A model generated the notes under the pieces. That model worked only from the letters and a program-made list of their open reading frames with translations, had not been told where the DNA came from and did no database searches. The translations under genes were made by a program, and so were the position numbers. A stretch of 64,000 nucleotides of DNA from Clostridia bacterium. Lineage in GTDB: Bacteria > Bacillota > Clostridia > TANB77 > CAG-508. This document shows, one piece after another, positions 9,789 through 21,476 of this stretch (positions within the stretch are counted from its first letter, which is position 1; every line of letters begins with the position of its first letter). The stretch covers positions 100,190 to 164,189 of the forward strand of contig JAFUYJ010000001.1 of NCBI GenBank assembly GCA_017470645.1, written 5' to 3'.

Positions 9789-11648
9789 ATGTGTGGATTT
9801 GTAGGGTTTATGGACAAATTAAACCAAGATGAAAAACGTAAGAGTATAAAAGTAATGGCGGATAGAATTATTCACAGAGGGCCAGATGAAGAGGGATATT
9901 TTGTGGATGATGATGTAGCTTTAGGACATAGAAGATTATCAATTATAGATTTAAGTAGTGGACAACAACCAATGTTTAATGAAGATGGTAGTGTTGTTGT
10001 TGTATTTAATGGTGAAATTTATAATTATCAGGACATAAAAAAAGACTTGGAAGCAAAAGGACATATGTTTAAAACAAATTCAGATACTGAAGTTTTAGTT
10101 CATGGGTATGAAGAATATAAAGAAGAGTTGTTTAACAAGCTAAGAGGAATGTTTGGCTTTGTTATTTATGACATTAAAAATAAAGAATTAATAGGGGTTA
10201 GAGATTACTTTGGAATAAAACCTTTTTACTATTATGATGATGGAAAAACATTTATATTTGGATCTGAAATAAAAAGCTTTTTAGACCATCCAAATTTTGT
10301 TAAAGAGGTAAATAAGCAAGCTTTAAAACCATTTTTAACATTTCAATATTCAGTTCTAGATGAGACATTTTTCAAGAATACATATAGACTAAAACCTGGA
10401 AATTATTTTAAATTTAAAGATGGAAAAATAGAAATAAAACAATATTTCAAAGCTGAATATATGAAACAAAATGATACTTATGAAAGTTATAAAAAACAAG
10501 TAAAAGAATCACTTGAAGATTCTGTAAAATGTCATCAAATAAGTGATGTTGAGGTGGGATCATATTTGTCAGGTGGAGTTGATTCTTCATACATAGTAAG
10601 CATGGCCAAACCTGATAAAACATTTACTGTAGGATTTGACAGAACTGGTTTTGACGAATCTGGATTTGCAAAAGATTTGTCAAAAATATTTAATACAAAT
10701 AATTACAACAGAGTATTAACTGGTGATGATTTCTTTAATGCTTTACCTGTTGTTCAATATCACACAGATGAGCCACATGCTAATCTATCAACAGTTCCAT
10801 TATTTTTCTTGTCTAAACTTGCAAGAGAAAAAGTTAAAGTTGTACTTTCTGGTGAAGGTGCTGATGAAATGTATGGTGGATATAACGAATTAAACGTTAG
10901 CAAATGGATTAAGGCGTACTGCAAACTTCCATTAGCTTTTAGAAAATGTTTAGCTAATAAAGTTAGAGATAAAAAGAAATTCAAAGGAAAAAGAATTATT
11001 TGTCAATATGATAGACCGTTATCAGAGAGATTTATAGGAAATGCTTTTATTATGGATGATAATGAAACTGAGGATATTTTATGTAATGATTTAAAAGGGA
11101 ATGGGATTAAATTTGCTGATATTATTAAGCCATATTATGAAGATGTAAAGGGTATGGACGAAATAACTCAAATGATGTATATTAATATGCATTTCTGGCT
11201 TGCAAAAGATATGCTTTTAAAAGCTGATAAGATGAGTATGGCAAATTCAGTGGAATTGCGTGTTCCTTTCTTAGATAAAGAGGTATGGAATGTTGCAAGA
11301 AAAATTCCTAGTAAATATCTAATTAAAGATGGGGAAACTAAAAAAGTTTTTAGAGATGTTGCAGCAGAGGTAATTCCAGAGGAATGGGCAAAGAGAAGAA
11401 AACTTGGATTCCCAGTACCATTCTTTATGTGGATTAAAGAGGAAAAATATTTTAACAAGGTTAAAGATTTATTTATGCAGGATTGGGTTGCAGAATTTTT
11501 TGATAAAGATAAAATTAATAAAATGCTTGATGATCATTATGCTGGTGTAGAGAATCATGGTAGAAAATTGTATAATATTTATATTTTCTTGGTTTGGTAT
11601 AAGGTTTATTTTGTTGATGGGGCAAAGGCATTGTCATTGGAAATGTAG
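9789..11648 (+). CDS. asnB: Asparagine synthase (glutamine-hydrolysing), paralog 2
   Basis: MCGF N-terminus, RLSIIDL, SGGVDSS, 619 aa. Clearly paralogous to 5958-7790. Confidence 0.9.
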   Translation: MCGFVGFMDKLNQDEKRKSIKVMADRIIHRGPDEEGYFVDDDVALGHRRLSIIDLSSGQQPMFNEDGSVVVVFNGEIYNYQDIKKDLEAKGHMFKTNSDTEVLVHGYEEYKEELFNKLRGMFGFVIYDIKNKELIGVRDYFGIKPFYYYDDGKTFIFGSEIKSFLDHPNFVKEVNKQALKPFLTFQYSVLDETFFKNTYRLKPGNYFKFKDGKIEIKQYFKAEYMKQNDTYESYKKQVKESLEDSVKCHQISDVEVGSYLSGGVDSSYIVSMAKPDKTFTVGFDRTGFDESGFAKDLSKIFNTNNYNRVLTGDDFFNALPVVQYHTDEPHANLSTVPLFFLSKLAREKVKVVLSGEGADEMYGGYNELNVSKWIKAYCKLPLAFRKCLANKVRDKKKFKGKRIICQYDRPLSERFIGNAFIMDDNETEDILCNDLKGNGIKFADIIKPYYEDVKGMDEITQMMYINMHFWLAKDMLLKADKMSMANSVELRVPFLDKEVWNVARKIPSKYLIKDGETKKVFRDVAAEVIPEEWAKRRKLGFPVPFFMWIKEEKYFNKVKDLFMQDWVAEFFDKDKINKMLDDHYAGVENHGRKLYNIYIFLVWYKVYFVDGAKALSLEM

Positions 11649-11672
11649 ATAAATGACATAGTTTGTTGCCGA

Positions 11673-11861
11673 GAGAAGTATAATAATAAAAAATAAAAAA
11701 ATTGAAAACGTAATCTTCGGTGAAAACAGTTTCTAAGAGTTGCACCCTTGAGCCTCTCCACAGAGGACGCTTGTGCACCCTCAAGAGATGCACTTCTAAG
11801 AAACTGTAATTCGCCTTCGTTAACATTTTCAATTTTTTTATTTTTTATTATTATACTTCTC
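11673..11861. repeat. Long palindromic element E1 (perfect 36-bp AT-rich arms, G+C-richer core)
   Basis: 11673-11708 is the exact reverse complement of 11826-11861. An inner imperfect stem pairs acagtttctaagagttgcacccttgag with ctcaagagatgcacttctaagaaactgt. The apex hairpin is cctct-ccac-agagg. Confidence 0.7.
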
Positions 11862-11879
11862 CGAATGAGTTAGTGGTAT

Positions 11880-14333
11880 TTAGCTACGTCCTTTAATGGC
11901 TACAACGGTAACTCCCATTTCACCTTCACCAAATGTGCCTAGTCTAAAGGATTGTACGTGTGGGTGATTTTTTAAAAAGGCGTGAATTCCGGTTCTTAAT
12001 TTTCCGGTTCCTTTGCCATGAACAATTCTTACGCTAGGTAAATTGGCTAAGTAGCAATCATCTAAGTATTTATCAATAATGAATATAGCATCTTCAACGT
12101 TTTGACCAATTACATTTATTTCTGGAGAAACATTTTTGGCTTTTAATGTTGAATTTCTTTGGCTATTAGAAAATGAATTTCTGCTTTTTGATTTTGAGTT
12201 TGTATTTGTATTAGTATTGGATTTTTTTACTAATTCTAAATTATGAATATTTACATTTGTTTTGGTACTACCAAATTGAACCATAACTTCGTTGTTTTTA
12301 TTAGGTAAAGTGATAATTGTTCCAATCATATTAAACGGTTTTACTAAAACTTCTAATCCTAATGAAATGTCTATGTTATTTTCTGAATTAGAGTTTTCTC
12401 CACTATCGAAAGTAGTCAGATTAGATTTTATATTTTCGTTTAGAGTATCACGTAGGTTGTTAGCTTGTTTTAAACTATCTTTGTTTGCAGAGTCATATAA
12501 ATTGTTTAATTCTTTGATAATATCATTTGCTTCTTCTTTTGCGGAAAGTAATATATTTCTTGCTTCGTTTTTTGCTTTATCAATGATTTCTTTTTCACGT
12601 AGTTCAACATCAGAGACATTGTTTTCCAATTGCTTTCTTAGAAGCTCAACTTGATTAGAATTTTTAGTAATTTTTTCTTTTTCTTTTTCTATCAATAGTT
12701 TGTCATCATAAATATTCTTTATTAATTCTTCAACACTAATATTGTCTTCACTTAATAAACTTTCAGCTCTATCTAATATTTCTTGTGGTAATCCTAACTT
12801 TTTGCTAATTGCAAATGCGTTGCTTTTTCCTGGAACTCCAATTAAAATTTTGTAAGTAGGGCGTAAGTTTTCAATATCAAATTCTGAGCTAGCGTTTTCA
12901 AAACCATCTGTAACTAAAGCATAGTGTTTTAATTCTGGATAGTGAGTTGTAGAAAGCGTTAATGCTCCTTTGTTATATAAAGTTTCTAAAATGCTTATTG
13001 CAAGATTGGCACCTTGAATAGGGTCTGTTCCTGAGCCTAATTCATCTATTAAAACAAGACTGCTATCTGTTGAATTAGCTAATATATCTATTATATTTTT
13101 CATATGTGAAGAGAATGTACTCAATGATTCTTGAATGCTTTGTTCATCACCAATGTCTGCAAATATATTATCAAAAACATAAATGCTACTGTTTTCTTTG
13201 GCAGGAATATGAAGACCACTACAAGCCATTAGACTTAAAAGACCAACAGTTTTTAGTGTTACAGTTTTTCCACCAGTATTGGGTCCTGTAATAATTAATG
13301 ATTGAAAGTTTTGACCAAGATTGATATCTATTGGAACAACTACATTTGCATCAATTAAAGGATGTCTGGCTTGTTTTAAATCTATAAATTTTTCGGCGTT
13401 TATGGTAGGTTCAATACCATCTATATCATAAGAATATTTAGCTTTAGCAAATACTAGGTCAATTTTTCCTATAATATCAACAGTTTCTTTGATGTTATCA
13501 ACTATAGGGTATAACTGTTTTGATAAATTTTCTAAGATTTTTTCTATTTCTATATTTTCCTCAAGTTTTATATTGTTAATTTGATTATTTAAATCAAAAA
13601 CAGATGTTGGTTCAATATATACAGTAGAGCCACTTGCGGAAATATCGTGAATAAGACCATTAACATTTTCTTTGTATTCAATTTTTACAGGAATAACATA
13701 TCTATCGTTTCTGATAGTTATAATTGGCTCCATTATATATTTTGAATAGCTAGACGAATGTATGAATGAATTTAATTTTTCTTTTATTCCAGATTCTAGT
13801 CTTCGTCTGTTTCGTCTTAGAGAACTAAGAGTTTTTGAGGCTTCATCTGCAATGTTATTTTCGTCTAATATTGCTTTTGTAATATCTTGATAGATACCTG
13901 GGTTTGAATATAGAGCTTCAAAGTATGCAAGAAGCACGCTTGTGGTTTCTGGCATGTTTTGAGAGCTATTTTCTTCATTAATAGTACCCTTTGTTTTTTC
14001 ATATATATCAGAATTGTGGAAGTATTCTTTTAAATTACTAGATACGTTTAAAATTTTTGCAATTTCTAACAAAGCTTTTGCTGTTAGAGGAATGTAACTT
14101 TCCAAATTCTTTAAATATGGTGTTATGTCATTAATTTCATCTATGGGAATGCTTCCATATTTAATAGTTAATTGATAAGCTTCAGATGTTTGATTTAATA
14201 ATCTTTTTACTTCAGTCATATCGGCTGAAGGTAGAATATCCATACACATTTCTTTGCCAATATATGTTTTACAATATGTTGAAAGCTTTTCTAATATTTT
14301 ATTAAATTCTAGTTTTGTTAAGTTTGAATTCAT
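11880..14333 (-). CDS. mutS2: Endonuclease MutS2
   Basis: 817 aa with Walker A GPNTGGKT, the MutS domain V signature STFSSHM and a C-terminal Smr domain (VRIVHGKGTGKLR). Confidence 0.95.
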   Translation of the reverse strand: MNSNLTKLEFNKILEKLSTYCKTYIGKEMCMDILPSADMTEVKRLLNQTSEAYQLTIKYGSIPIDEINDITPYLKNLESYIPLTAKALLEIAKILNVSSNLKEYFHNSDIYEKTKGTINEENSSQNMPETTSVLLAYFEALYSNPGIYQDITKAILDENNIADEASKTLSSLRRNRRRLESGIKEKLNSFIHSSSYSKYIMEPIITIRNDRYVIPVKIEYKENVNGLIHDISASGSTVYIEPTSVFDLNNQINNIKLEENIEIEKILENLSKQLYPIVDNIKETVDIIGKIDLVFAKAKYSYDIDGIEPTINAEKFIDLKQARHPLIDANVVVPIDINLGQNFQSLIITGPNTGGKTVTLKTVGLLSLMACSGLHIPAKENSSIYVFDNIFADIGDEQSIQESLSTFSSHMKNIIDILANSTDSSLVLIDELGSGTDPIQGANLAISILETLYNKGALTLSTTHYPELKHYALVTDGFENASSEFDIENLRPTYKILIGVPGKSNAFAISKKLGLPQEILDRAESLLSEDNISVEELIKNIYDDKLLIEKEKEKITKNSNQVELLRKQLENNVSDVELREKEIIDKAKNEARNILLSAKEEANDIIKELNNLYDSANKDSLKQANNLRDTLNENIKSNLTTFDSGENSNSENNIDISLGLEVLVKPFNMIGTIITLPNKNNEVMVQFGSTKTNVNIHNLELVKKSNTNTNTNSKSKSRNSFSNSQRNSTLKAKNVSPEINVIGQNVEDAIFIIDKYLDDCYLANLPSVRIVHGKGTGKLRTGIHAFLKNHPHVQSFRLGTFGEGEMGVTVVAIKGRS

Positions 14334-14523
14334 TTTTTATTAATCTCCTTAATTAAATAATGCGTTAATTATATCATATAATAGACGAAATTTCAAAAAA
14401 ATATTTCAAAAACACTTGAAAAATCTAACAAAAAAGTATATAATAAAGTAGCAAAATAAATACGACGCAGGAGAGTGGGAACAAATCCCACTCTTTAATT
14501 GTAAATAAAGGGGGAAATAAATC

Positions 14524-14997
14524 TTGGCAAATATTGAAGAAAGAGTGGAAGCTCTTGTTACAAAACCAATTGAAAATTTAGGTTATCAATTGTATGATGT
14601 TCAATATGCAAAAGAAGGAAAAGATTACTTTTTACGAATCTTTATTGAAAATCCTAGCGGTACAATTAGTTTAGAAGATTGTGAAAAAGTAAATAATGAA
14701 ATAGAAGAATTACTAGATACTGCTGATTACATCAAAGAACAATACTTTTTGGAAGTCTCTTCAACTGGAGTTGAAAAGATTATAAGAAAAGAAAAACATT
14801 TAAAAGAAAACATAGGAGAGTACATAAATATTAAGTTGTTCAAACCTGTAAATAACAGTAAAGATTTTGTAGGAATCTTAAAAGAATTTGATGATGAAAC
14901 AATTTGCATTGATGTAAATGGAGAAAGTATTGAATTAGAAAGAAAAAACATTTCGTTAATAAAAAAATATTTTGATTGGGATAATGAAATTAATTAA
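14524..14997 (+). CDS. rimP: Ribosome maturation factor RimP
   Basis: 157 aa, LGYQLYDVQYAKEGKDYFLRIFIE is typical RimP. It sits immediately upstream of nusA. TTG start. Confidence 0.9.
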   Translation: MANIEERVEALVTKPIENLGYQLYDVQYAKEGKDYFLRIFIENPSGTISLEDCEKVNNEIEELLDTADYIKEQYFLEVSSTGVEKIIRKEKHLKENIGEYINIKLFKPVNNSKDFVGILKEFDDETICIDVNGESIELERKNISLIKKYFDWDNEIN

Positions 14998-15067
14998 ATA
15001 TAGTTTACAATACTAAAATTTGTTTTATTATCTATAAAAGATTAGTAAAAGAAAAAATAAATATTAT

Positions 15068-15142
15068 AAATGAAACAAAAAAGACCGTCCCGAAATGTTT
15101 CAAAAATGAAACAAAAAAGACCGTCCAAAAAAGTTTCAAATA
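15068..15142. repeat. Tandem direct repeat (2 copies, 37-nt period) between rimP and nusA
   Basis: aaatgaaacaaaaaagaccgtcc occurs at 15068 and again at 15105. Each unit contains tgaaac...gtttca inverted ends around a GACCGTCC core. Confidence 0.75.
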
Positions 15143-15160
15143 AAGGAGGAATTTAGAAAA

Positions 15161-16321
15161 ATGAAAAAAGGAGCAAAATCAAAAGCAAAAGTAAGCAAAG
15201 CAATAGATAGTAAAGAAATGTTGCTAGCAATGGAAGAATTAGAAAAAGAAAACGGTATGGAACCAGGAAGCTTAATGGAAGCAATAGAAACAGCATTAGT
15301 TACTGCATATAAAAGAGATTTCGATTCAACAGCTGATAATGCAAAAGTTGTTGTTGATAAGGAAACTGGTGATTATCATGTATTTGTTGAAAAAGAAGTT
15401 GTAGAAGAAGTTGAGGACGGAAATACACAAATTACATTAGAAGATGCTAAAAAAATCAACAAATCATTATCAGTAGGAGATACAGCACAAATTGAAATTA
15501 TGCCAAAGAATTTTGGAAGAATTGCGGCAGGAACTGCAAAACAAGTTATTATTCAAAAAATAAGAGAAGCATCAAGAGAATATTTATTTAATGAATTTAG
15601 TGATAGAAAAGGTGAAATAGTATCAGGATTAATACAAAAAGCTGATGGAGGAATTGTAGTTGTTGACTTAGGAAGATTAGAAGGTGTAATGCCACTAAAA
15701 GAACAAGTTCCTAGTGAAAAATATCATGTTAATGATAAAATAAGAGCATATGTATTAGATGTAGAAAAAGGAGCTAAAGGAGCACCACAAGTTATAATTT
15801 CAAGAGCACATGCAGACTTTGTAAGAAAACTATTTGAATTAGAAATTCCTGAAATATATGAGGGAGTTATTGAAATAAAAAGCGTTTCAAGAGATGCTGG
15901 AAGTAGAAGTAAAGTAGCTGTATACTCTCCAAACGAAAACATAGATCCAGTTGGTTCATGTGTTGGTCAAAAAGGAATCCGTATTCAAAACATTATTAAT
16001 GAATTAGGTGGAGAAAAAATAGATGTTATAGAGTGGAACGAAGATCCTGCTACATTTATTTCTGCAGCTTTATTACCTGCTCAAGTACTTGCTGTAGATA
16101 TTAAAGAAGAAGAAAAATTTGCACAAGTAATTGTACCAGATGACCAATTATCATTAGCAATTGGAAAATCAGGACAAAATGCTAGATTAGCTGCAAAATT
16201 GACAAATTGGAAAATAGATATTAAGAGTGAATCTCAATTTAGACAAATTCTAGCTGAAGCTCAAAATGCTGAAATAGAAGATGCTGATGATGAAGAAATT
16301 GAAACTAATTCAGAAGAATAG
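15161..16321 (+). CDS. nusA: Transcription termination/antitermination factor NusA
   Basis: N-terminal domain, S1 and two KH domains (GSCVGQKGIRIQNI, LAIGKSGQNARLAAKLT), with an acidic tail. Confidence 0.95.
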   Translation: MKKGAKSKAKVSKAIDSKEMLLAMEELEKENGMEPGSLMEAIETALVTAYKRDFDSTADNAKVVVDKETGDYHVFVEKEVVEEVEDGNTQITLEDAKKINKSLSVGDTAQIEIMPKNFGRIAAGTAKQVIIQKIREASREYLFNEFSDRKGEIVSGLIQKADGGIVVVDLGRLEGVMPLKEQVPSEKYHVNDKIRAYVLDVEKGAKGAPQVIISRAHADFVRKLFELEIPEIYEGVIEIKSVSRDAGSRSKVAVYSPNENIDPVGSCVGQKGIRIQNIINELGGEKIDVIEWNEDPATFISAALLPAQVLAVDIKEEEKFAQVIVPDDQLSLAIGKSGQNARLAAKLTNWKIDIKSESQFRQILAEAQNAEIEDADDEEIETNSEE

Positions 16322-16372
16322 TAATTCTTAAAATATATTGATTATGATGATTCATAAATATAATAAAAGGAA

Positions 16373-16642
16373 GTGAATATTTTGAAAAGCATACCACAAA
16401 GAACATGTATTGGATGTAATTGTAAAAAGGATAAAAAGGATTTAATTCGTATAGTAAAAGATAATGAAAACAATATAAGCATTGATAAAACAGGGAAAGC
16501 AAATGGTAGGGGAGCGTATATATGTGACAATATAGAATGCTTAGAAAAAGCCATAAAGAATAAGAAAATAGAAAAAAGCTTTAAAATGCAAATTGATGAA
16601 AATGTTTATGAAAATTTAAGAGGTGTAATTAGTGGTAAATAA
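16373..16642 (+). CDS. ylxR: YlxR/RnpM family RNA-binding protein (DUF448)
   Basis: PQRTCIGCNCKKDKKDLIRIV...GRGAYIC is the DUF448 signature, in the conserved nusA-infB position. The true start may be TTG at 16382. Confidence 0.85.
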   Translation: MNILKSIPQRTCIGCNCKKDKKDLIRIVKDNENNISIDKTGKANGRGAYICDNIECLEKAIKNKKIEKSFKMQIDENVYENLRGVISGK

Positions 16643-16670
16643 TTTTTCAAAAGGGATTATAAAAAAATAA

Positions 16671-19600
16671 ATGGGGGTGAATTTATTGGGTAAGATAAAA
16701 ATACATGAGATTGCAAAAGAATTAGGCTTAACCAGTAAACAAATAATAGAAAAAGCGAACAGTCTTGGAATAGATGTTTCTAGTCACATGAGTTCTGTTG
16801 ATGAAGAACAAGCTAAAAGAATAAAAGATAGTTTAAGTGGTAAAAGTAATGGGGCTGCCAAAACATTAAAAAATGATAAAACAGAGAAAAAATCTGGTAA
16901 AGATGAAAAGTCTGTTAAAGCTGGAAAAACAGAAAAAAATAAGAAGGCAAAAGATGAAAAGAAAAATGAAAATCCTGTTATTATAAGAAGAGAAGTAATT
17001 ATAAATGATGAAACTAAAAAGGTAGAAGAAAAACCAAAAAACAATAGAAGCGATGTTGGTTTTGTTGAAAGAAACAAAAATAAAGATTACAACATTGTTT
17101 ACAGAAATAAAAATACTAAACCAATGACTTTTAGCGAATTGTTTGGAATAAAAGATAATAAAAAGGAAAAAAATGAAGTAAAAAATGATAACATCAAAAA
17201 TTCAGAAAATGAAAATAAAGCACAGGAAAACAAAGTTGTTGATGAAATCAAAACTACTGAAAAGAAAGAGAACAAAACCGTAAATGATGTTCAAAGAAAA
17301 AGTGATGATGATAAAATGAATAATTCAACTCATCAAGAAACAAATCAAGAAAAGGTTGTAGAAAATAGTAATACTTCAAATTATAATATAGAGAAAAAGG
17401 AGAAAACAGGTTTTACTGATAATAAAAATATGGAGCAAGCAGTTAGAAAAGAATATGTAAATAATAACGGATACAAAAGAAACGATAATCAAAATAGAAC
17501 AAATTATAACGATAGAAATAATTTTGGTGATAGAAATAGAAACAACAGATTCCAAAATGACAGAAATAACAACTTCAACAATAGAAATAATAATTACAGC
17601 AATAATGGTTATAATAATCAAGATAGAAGAAACAATGGTGAAAATGGATTTAATAAAACTCAAAACAATAGATTTCAAAAAGGTGGATTCAATAATAGAA
17701 ATGATTTCAATAATAGAAATGACTTCAACAGAAATGGAAGAAGACCACTTGATGAAAAAGGAATTGATAAAAATATTAAAGACATAATGTCAACTGAAAT
17801 TGTTGAAAAAGAATCACAAAGAGATTATAATAGTAGATCAATTGACAAAGCTAAACAAATTAAATTTGAAGAAAATAAAGGAAATAAGAAAACAACAAAA
17901 TCAAAGAAAAACGGAAGATTTGAAGATTTTGATGGTGGAAAATTAAAAGGACTAAAAAGAGAAAATCAATTATCTAATATGTTTGATGACCAAGAAGGTG
18001 GAATGCTAGATTATTATGATATGTCTAGTGGAAGAATAAAGAAAAATAAAAAGAAAAATAGCAAATCTGAAGGTGGAGAATCTAAACAAAAAATATTCGA
18101 ATTAAAAGAAATTAGCATTCCAGATAGAATTACAGTTAAAGATTTATCTGCAGAGTTAAAGAAAACAAGTAGTGAAGTCATCAAAAAATTATTTGGATTA
18201 GGAATAATGGCTACAATAAATAATGAAGTGGATTTTGATACTGCATATTTAGTTGCTTCAGAATTTGGTGTTACTGCTAATAAGAAAGAAGTTGTTAATG
18301 AAGAAGATATTTTATTTGATGAATCTGAAGATAGTGAAGATGAATTAGAAGCAAGACCTCCAGTTGTAGTTGTAATGGGACACGTTGACCATGGTAAAAC
18401 TTCATTACTAGATGCAATTAGAAGTACAAATGTTATTGAAGGAGAAGCTGGTGGAATTACACAACATATTGGTGCATACAAAGTAAATGTAAATGGTAGA
18501 GAGATAACTTTCTTAGATACTCCTGGACACGAAGCATTTACAAGCATGAGAGCAAGAGGTGCTCAAATTACAGATATCGCTATATTAGTTGTTGCTGCTA
18601 ACGATGGTGTAATGCCTCAAACTGTTGAAGCAATAAACCACGCTAAAGCTGCTAATATTCCAATAATTGTTGCTGTAAATAAAATAGATTTACCAGAAGC
18701 AAATGTTGAAAAAGTAAAACAAGAATTAATGCAATATGAATTAGTATCAGAAGAGTGGGGAGGAGATACAATTTTTGTTCCTATCTCTGCTAAACAAGGT
18801 ACAAACCTTGATACTTTACTAGAAATGGTATTATTAGTTGCAGACATGCAAGAGTTAAAAGCTAATCCAAATAAACAATCTAAAGGTGTTGTAATAGAAG
18901 CTCGTTTGGATAAAGCAAAAGGACCAATTGCTTCAGTGTTAGTTCAAAGAGGTACTTTAGATGTTGGAGATACTGTTGTTGTTGGTACATCAATTGGTAG
19001 AATTAGAGCAATGAAAAATGATAAAGGTCAAAATGTTAAAGAAGCAGGACCATCAACTCCTGTTGAAATTATGGGATTAACAGAAGTTCCAGAAGCAGGG
19101 GATACTTTCTATGAAGTTAAAAATGAAAAAATGGCTAAACATTTAATAGAGAAGAGACGTGCTCAAGAAAGAGAAAAAATGTTGAAATCAAGCACAGTAA
19201 CTTTAAGCAATTTATTTGAAAAAATGGCTAGTGATGAATTAAAACAATTGAATTTAATTGTTAAAGCTGATGTTCAAGGTTCAGCAGAAGCGGTTAAACA
19301 ATCACTTGAAAAATTATCAAATGACGAAGTTAAGGTTAAAGTTATACATTCAGTTCCAGGTGCTATTAATGAATCTGATGTTCAACTTGCAAAAGCTGCA
19401 GGAGCTATAATTATTGGATTTAACGTAAGACCTGTTGGAACAGCAAAAGAGTTAGCTGATAGAGAAGAAGTTGAAATTAAATTATATTCAGTTATTTATC
19501 AAGCAATTGAAGATGTTGAAGCTGCAATGAAAGGTATGCTTGATCCTATATTTGAAGAAAAAATTATTGGTAATGCTCAAGTTAGACAAACATTTAAAGT

Positions 19601-19847
19601 TTCAAGTGTTGGAACTATTGCAGGATGCTTTGTATTAGATGGTAGAATAGAAAGAAATGCCGGAGTTAGGGTTATTCGTGATAATGTTGTTATTCATGAA
19701 GGTAAACTTGCATCTTTAAAACGTTTTAAAGATGATGTTAAAGAAGTAACTAAGGGATTTGAATGCGGTGTTCAAATTGAAGATTATAATGATATTAAAG
19801 AAGAAGATATTATTGAGGCATTTATAATGGAAGAGGTCAAAAGATAA
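16671..19847 (+). CDS. infB: Translation initiation factor IF-2 with an expanded Asn/Arg/Lys-rich N-terminal region
   Basis: The C-terminal two thirds are canonical IF2 ([21 protein letters not shown]). The N-terminal region of about 450 aa is low complexity. The start could instead be TTG at 16686. Confidence 0.95.
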   Translation: MGVNLLGKIKIHEIAKELGLTSKQIIEKANSLGIDVSSHMSSVDEEQAKRIKDSLSGKSNGAAKTLKNDKTEKKSGKDEKSVKAGKTEKNKKAKDEKKNENPVIIRREVIINDETKKVEEKPKNNRSDVGFVERNKNKDYNIVYRNKNTKPMTFSELFGIKDNKKEKNEVKNDNIKNSENENKAQENKVVDEIKTTEKKENKTVNDVQRKSDDDKMNNSTHQETNQEKVVENSNTSNYNIEKKEKTGFTDNKNMEQAVRKEYVNNNGYKRNDNQNRTNYNDRNNFGDRNRNNRFQNDRNNNFNNRNNNYSNNGYNNQDRRNNGENGFNKTQNNRFQKGGFNNRNDFNNRNDFNRNGRRPLDEKGIDKNIKDIMSTEIVEKESQRDYNSRSIDKAKQIKFEENKGNKKTTKSKKNGRFEDFDGGKLKGLKRENQLSNMFDDQEGGMLDYYDMSSGRIKKNKKKNSKSEGGESKQKIFELKEISIPDRITVKDLSAELKKTSSEVIKKLFGLGIMATINNEVDFDTAYLVASEFGVTANKKEVVNEEDILFDESEDSEDELEARPPVVVVMGHVDHGKTSLLDAIRSTNVIEGEAGGITQHIGAYKVNVNGREITFLDTPGHEAFTSMRARGAQITDIAILVVAANDGVMPQTVEAINHAKAANIPIIVAVNKIDLPEANVEKVKQELMQYELVSEEWGGDTIFVPISAKQGTNLDTLLEMVLLVADMQELKANPNKQSKGVVIEARLDKAKGPIASVLVQRGTLDVGDTVVVGTSIGRIRAMKNDKGQNVKEAGPSTPVEIMGLTEVPEAGDTFYEVKNEKMAKHLIEKRRAQEREKMLKSSTVTLSNLFEKMASDELKQLNLIVKADVQGSAEAVKQSLEKLSNDEVKVKVIHSVPGAINESDVQLAKAAGAIIIGFNVRPVGTAKELADREEVEIKLYSVIYQAIEDVEAAMKGMLDPIFEEKIIGNAQVRQTFKVSSVGTIAGCFVLDGRIERNAGVRVIRDNVVIHEGKLASLKRFKDDVKEVTKGFECGVQIEDYNDIKEEDIIEAFIMEEVKR

Positions 19848-19856
19848 GGAGGAAAT

Positions 19857-20198
19857 ATGGCTAAGAATGAGGCTCGTTTAAATAGAATAAATGAGGAGTT
19901 AAGAAAAGAATTAAGTAGTATTTTAGCGTATGAGCTAAAAAATCCGAATATTACGGGAATGCTTAGTGTTACTAAGGTTAAGATTACTCCGGATTTTAAA
20001 TATGCTAAAGTATATGTTAGTATACTAAATTCTAAGGATGTTGATAAGACTATGGAAGGACTTAAAGAATCTGCAGGTTTTATTAGAAGTAGAATTGCTA
20101 AGGAAGTTAATTTAAGAATTACACCTGAATTAGTTTTTGAAATAGATGATTCTTTAGAATATGGTGCAAGAATTGATAATATTTTGAAAGGTTTATAG
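19857..20198 (+). CDS. rbfA: Ribosome-binding factor A
   Basis: 113 aa, RLNRINEELRKELSSIL...VKITPDFKYAKVYVS, in the conserved position after infB. Confidence 0.9.
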   Translation: MAKNEARLNRINEELRKELSSILAYELKNPNITGMLSVTKVKITPDFKYAKVYVSILNSKDVDKTMEGLKESAGFIRSRIAKEVNLRITPELVFEIDDSLEYGARIDNILKGL

Positions 20199-20247
20199 GT
20201 AAAGCCTAAAAAAACCTAAATATTCACAAAGATAAGGAAGTTATGAA

Positions 20248-21207
20248 ATGACTTTAGATAATATATTAGAAGAAATAAATAAAGCAGAATCAATAGTAAT
20301 ATTAACTCATGAAAATCCGGATGGAGATGCTATAGGAAGCAGTTTGGCATTGTATAATGCATTAAAAAACTTTGGTAAGAAAAATGTTGATATTATTATT
20401 CCAGAGTATTCAAGATGCTTTGAGTTTTTACCAGGTGCAAAGGATATAAAAAAGGAAAGCGATATATCTCAATATGATTTGGCAATTTCATTAGATGCGG
20501 CAACAATAAAAATGCTTAATGGTTGGGGAAAATATTTTGAGGATGCAAAAACTAGTATTGTAATTGACCACCATGGTACAAATACTATGTATGGTGATAT
20601 CAACTATGTTAATCCAGATTCCCCAGCTTGTGCGCAAATATTAATTGTTCTTTTAGAGTATTTTAATATGAACATAACAAAGGAAATTGGTACTTGTATT
20701 TTAACAGGAATTATAACTGATACAGGTGGATTTAAATATCAAGGTACTAATGTTGAGACTTTTGAATTTGTTGCTGAATTACTAAATAAAGGGGTTAATG
20801 TTTCTAAAATTTATAGAAGAGTTTTGGAAACAACTACTAGAACTGCGTTTGAGCTTAGAAGAATTGCAGAGTCTAGATTAGAATTTTTCTATGATGATAA
20901 AGCTGCATTTACATATATTACTTTAGATGATGAGGAAAAGGTACATAGTGAGACTGGTGACCATGAAGGTATAGTTAATATTGGTAAATGCATTGAAGGC
21001 GTTGAAGTGTCTGTGTTTATTAGAGAATTAAAAAACGGTAAAGGATGGAAGGTTTCTTTACGTTCTAATGAGTATGTTAATGTTTCTGATGTTGCGTTAT
21101 TATTTGGTGGTGGGGGACATCCTCGTGCTGCTGGGTGCACTATTCAGGGAGATTTACAACATGTTAAGGATAAGATTATGAATGAGGTTAAGGCTTATTT
21201 GAAATAG
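20248..21207 (+). CDS. nrnA: DHH/DHHA1 phosphoesterase (NrnA-like oligoribonuclease / pAp phosphatase)
   Basis: Motifs HENPDGDAIGS, IDHHGTN and GGGGHPRAAG. Confidence 0.8.
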   Translation: MTLDNILEEINKAESIVILTHENPDGDAIGSSLALYNALKNFGKKNVDIIIPEYSRCFEFLPGAKDIKKESDISQYDLAISLDAATIKMLNGWGKYFEDAKTSIVIDHHGTNTMYGDINYVNPDSPACAQILIVLLEYFNMNITKEIGTCILTGIITDTGGFKYQGTNVETFEFVAELLNKGVNVSKIYRRVLETTTRTAFELRRIAESRLEFFYDDKAAFTYITLDDEEKVHSETGDHEGIVNIGKCIEGVEVSVFIRELKNGKGWKVSLRSNEYVNVSDVALLFGGGGHPRAAGCTIQGDLQHVKDKIMNEVKAYLK

Positions 21208-21218
21208 TTTTTTAGTTA

Positions 21219-21440
21219 GCCGTCCAGATGACGAAAAATGTCAACGGTATAAATATATTGAACTGCGTGGGCTTACTGGCCAGTTTTAGCATAAAGTAAA
21301 AGAACTTTTGGTGTATGCATGGGTTTGTGTTTGTGTTGTTCTTTTACTGGTTATGCTAAAATGTGCCAAACTGCGCGCCCGTACTTCGTTTCAATATATT
21401 TATACCGTTGACATTTTTCGACATTTGGACTCCTCTACGG
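21219..21440. repeat. Long palindromic element E2 (perfect 31-bp arms, G+C-richer core, GT-rich apex)
   Basis: 21232-21262 is the exact reverse complement of 21390-21420. An inner stem pairs ttttagcataaagtaaaagaac with gttcttttactggttatgctaaaa. The apex is tggtgtatgcatgggtttgtgtttgtgtt. Confidence 0.7.
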
Positions 21441-21476
21441 TTTTAGATATAGTTCAAATGTGAGTGAGGTATAGAA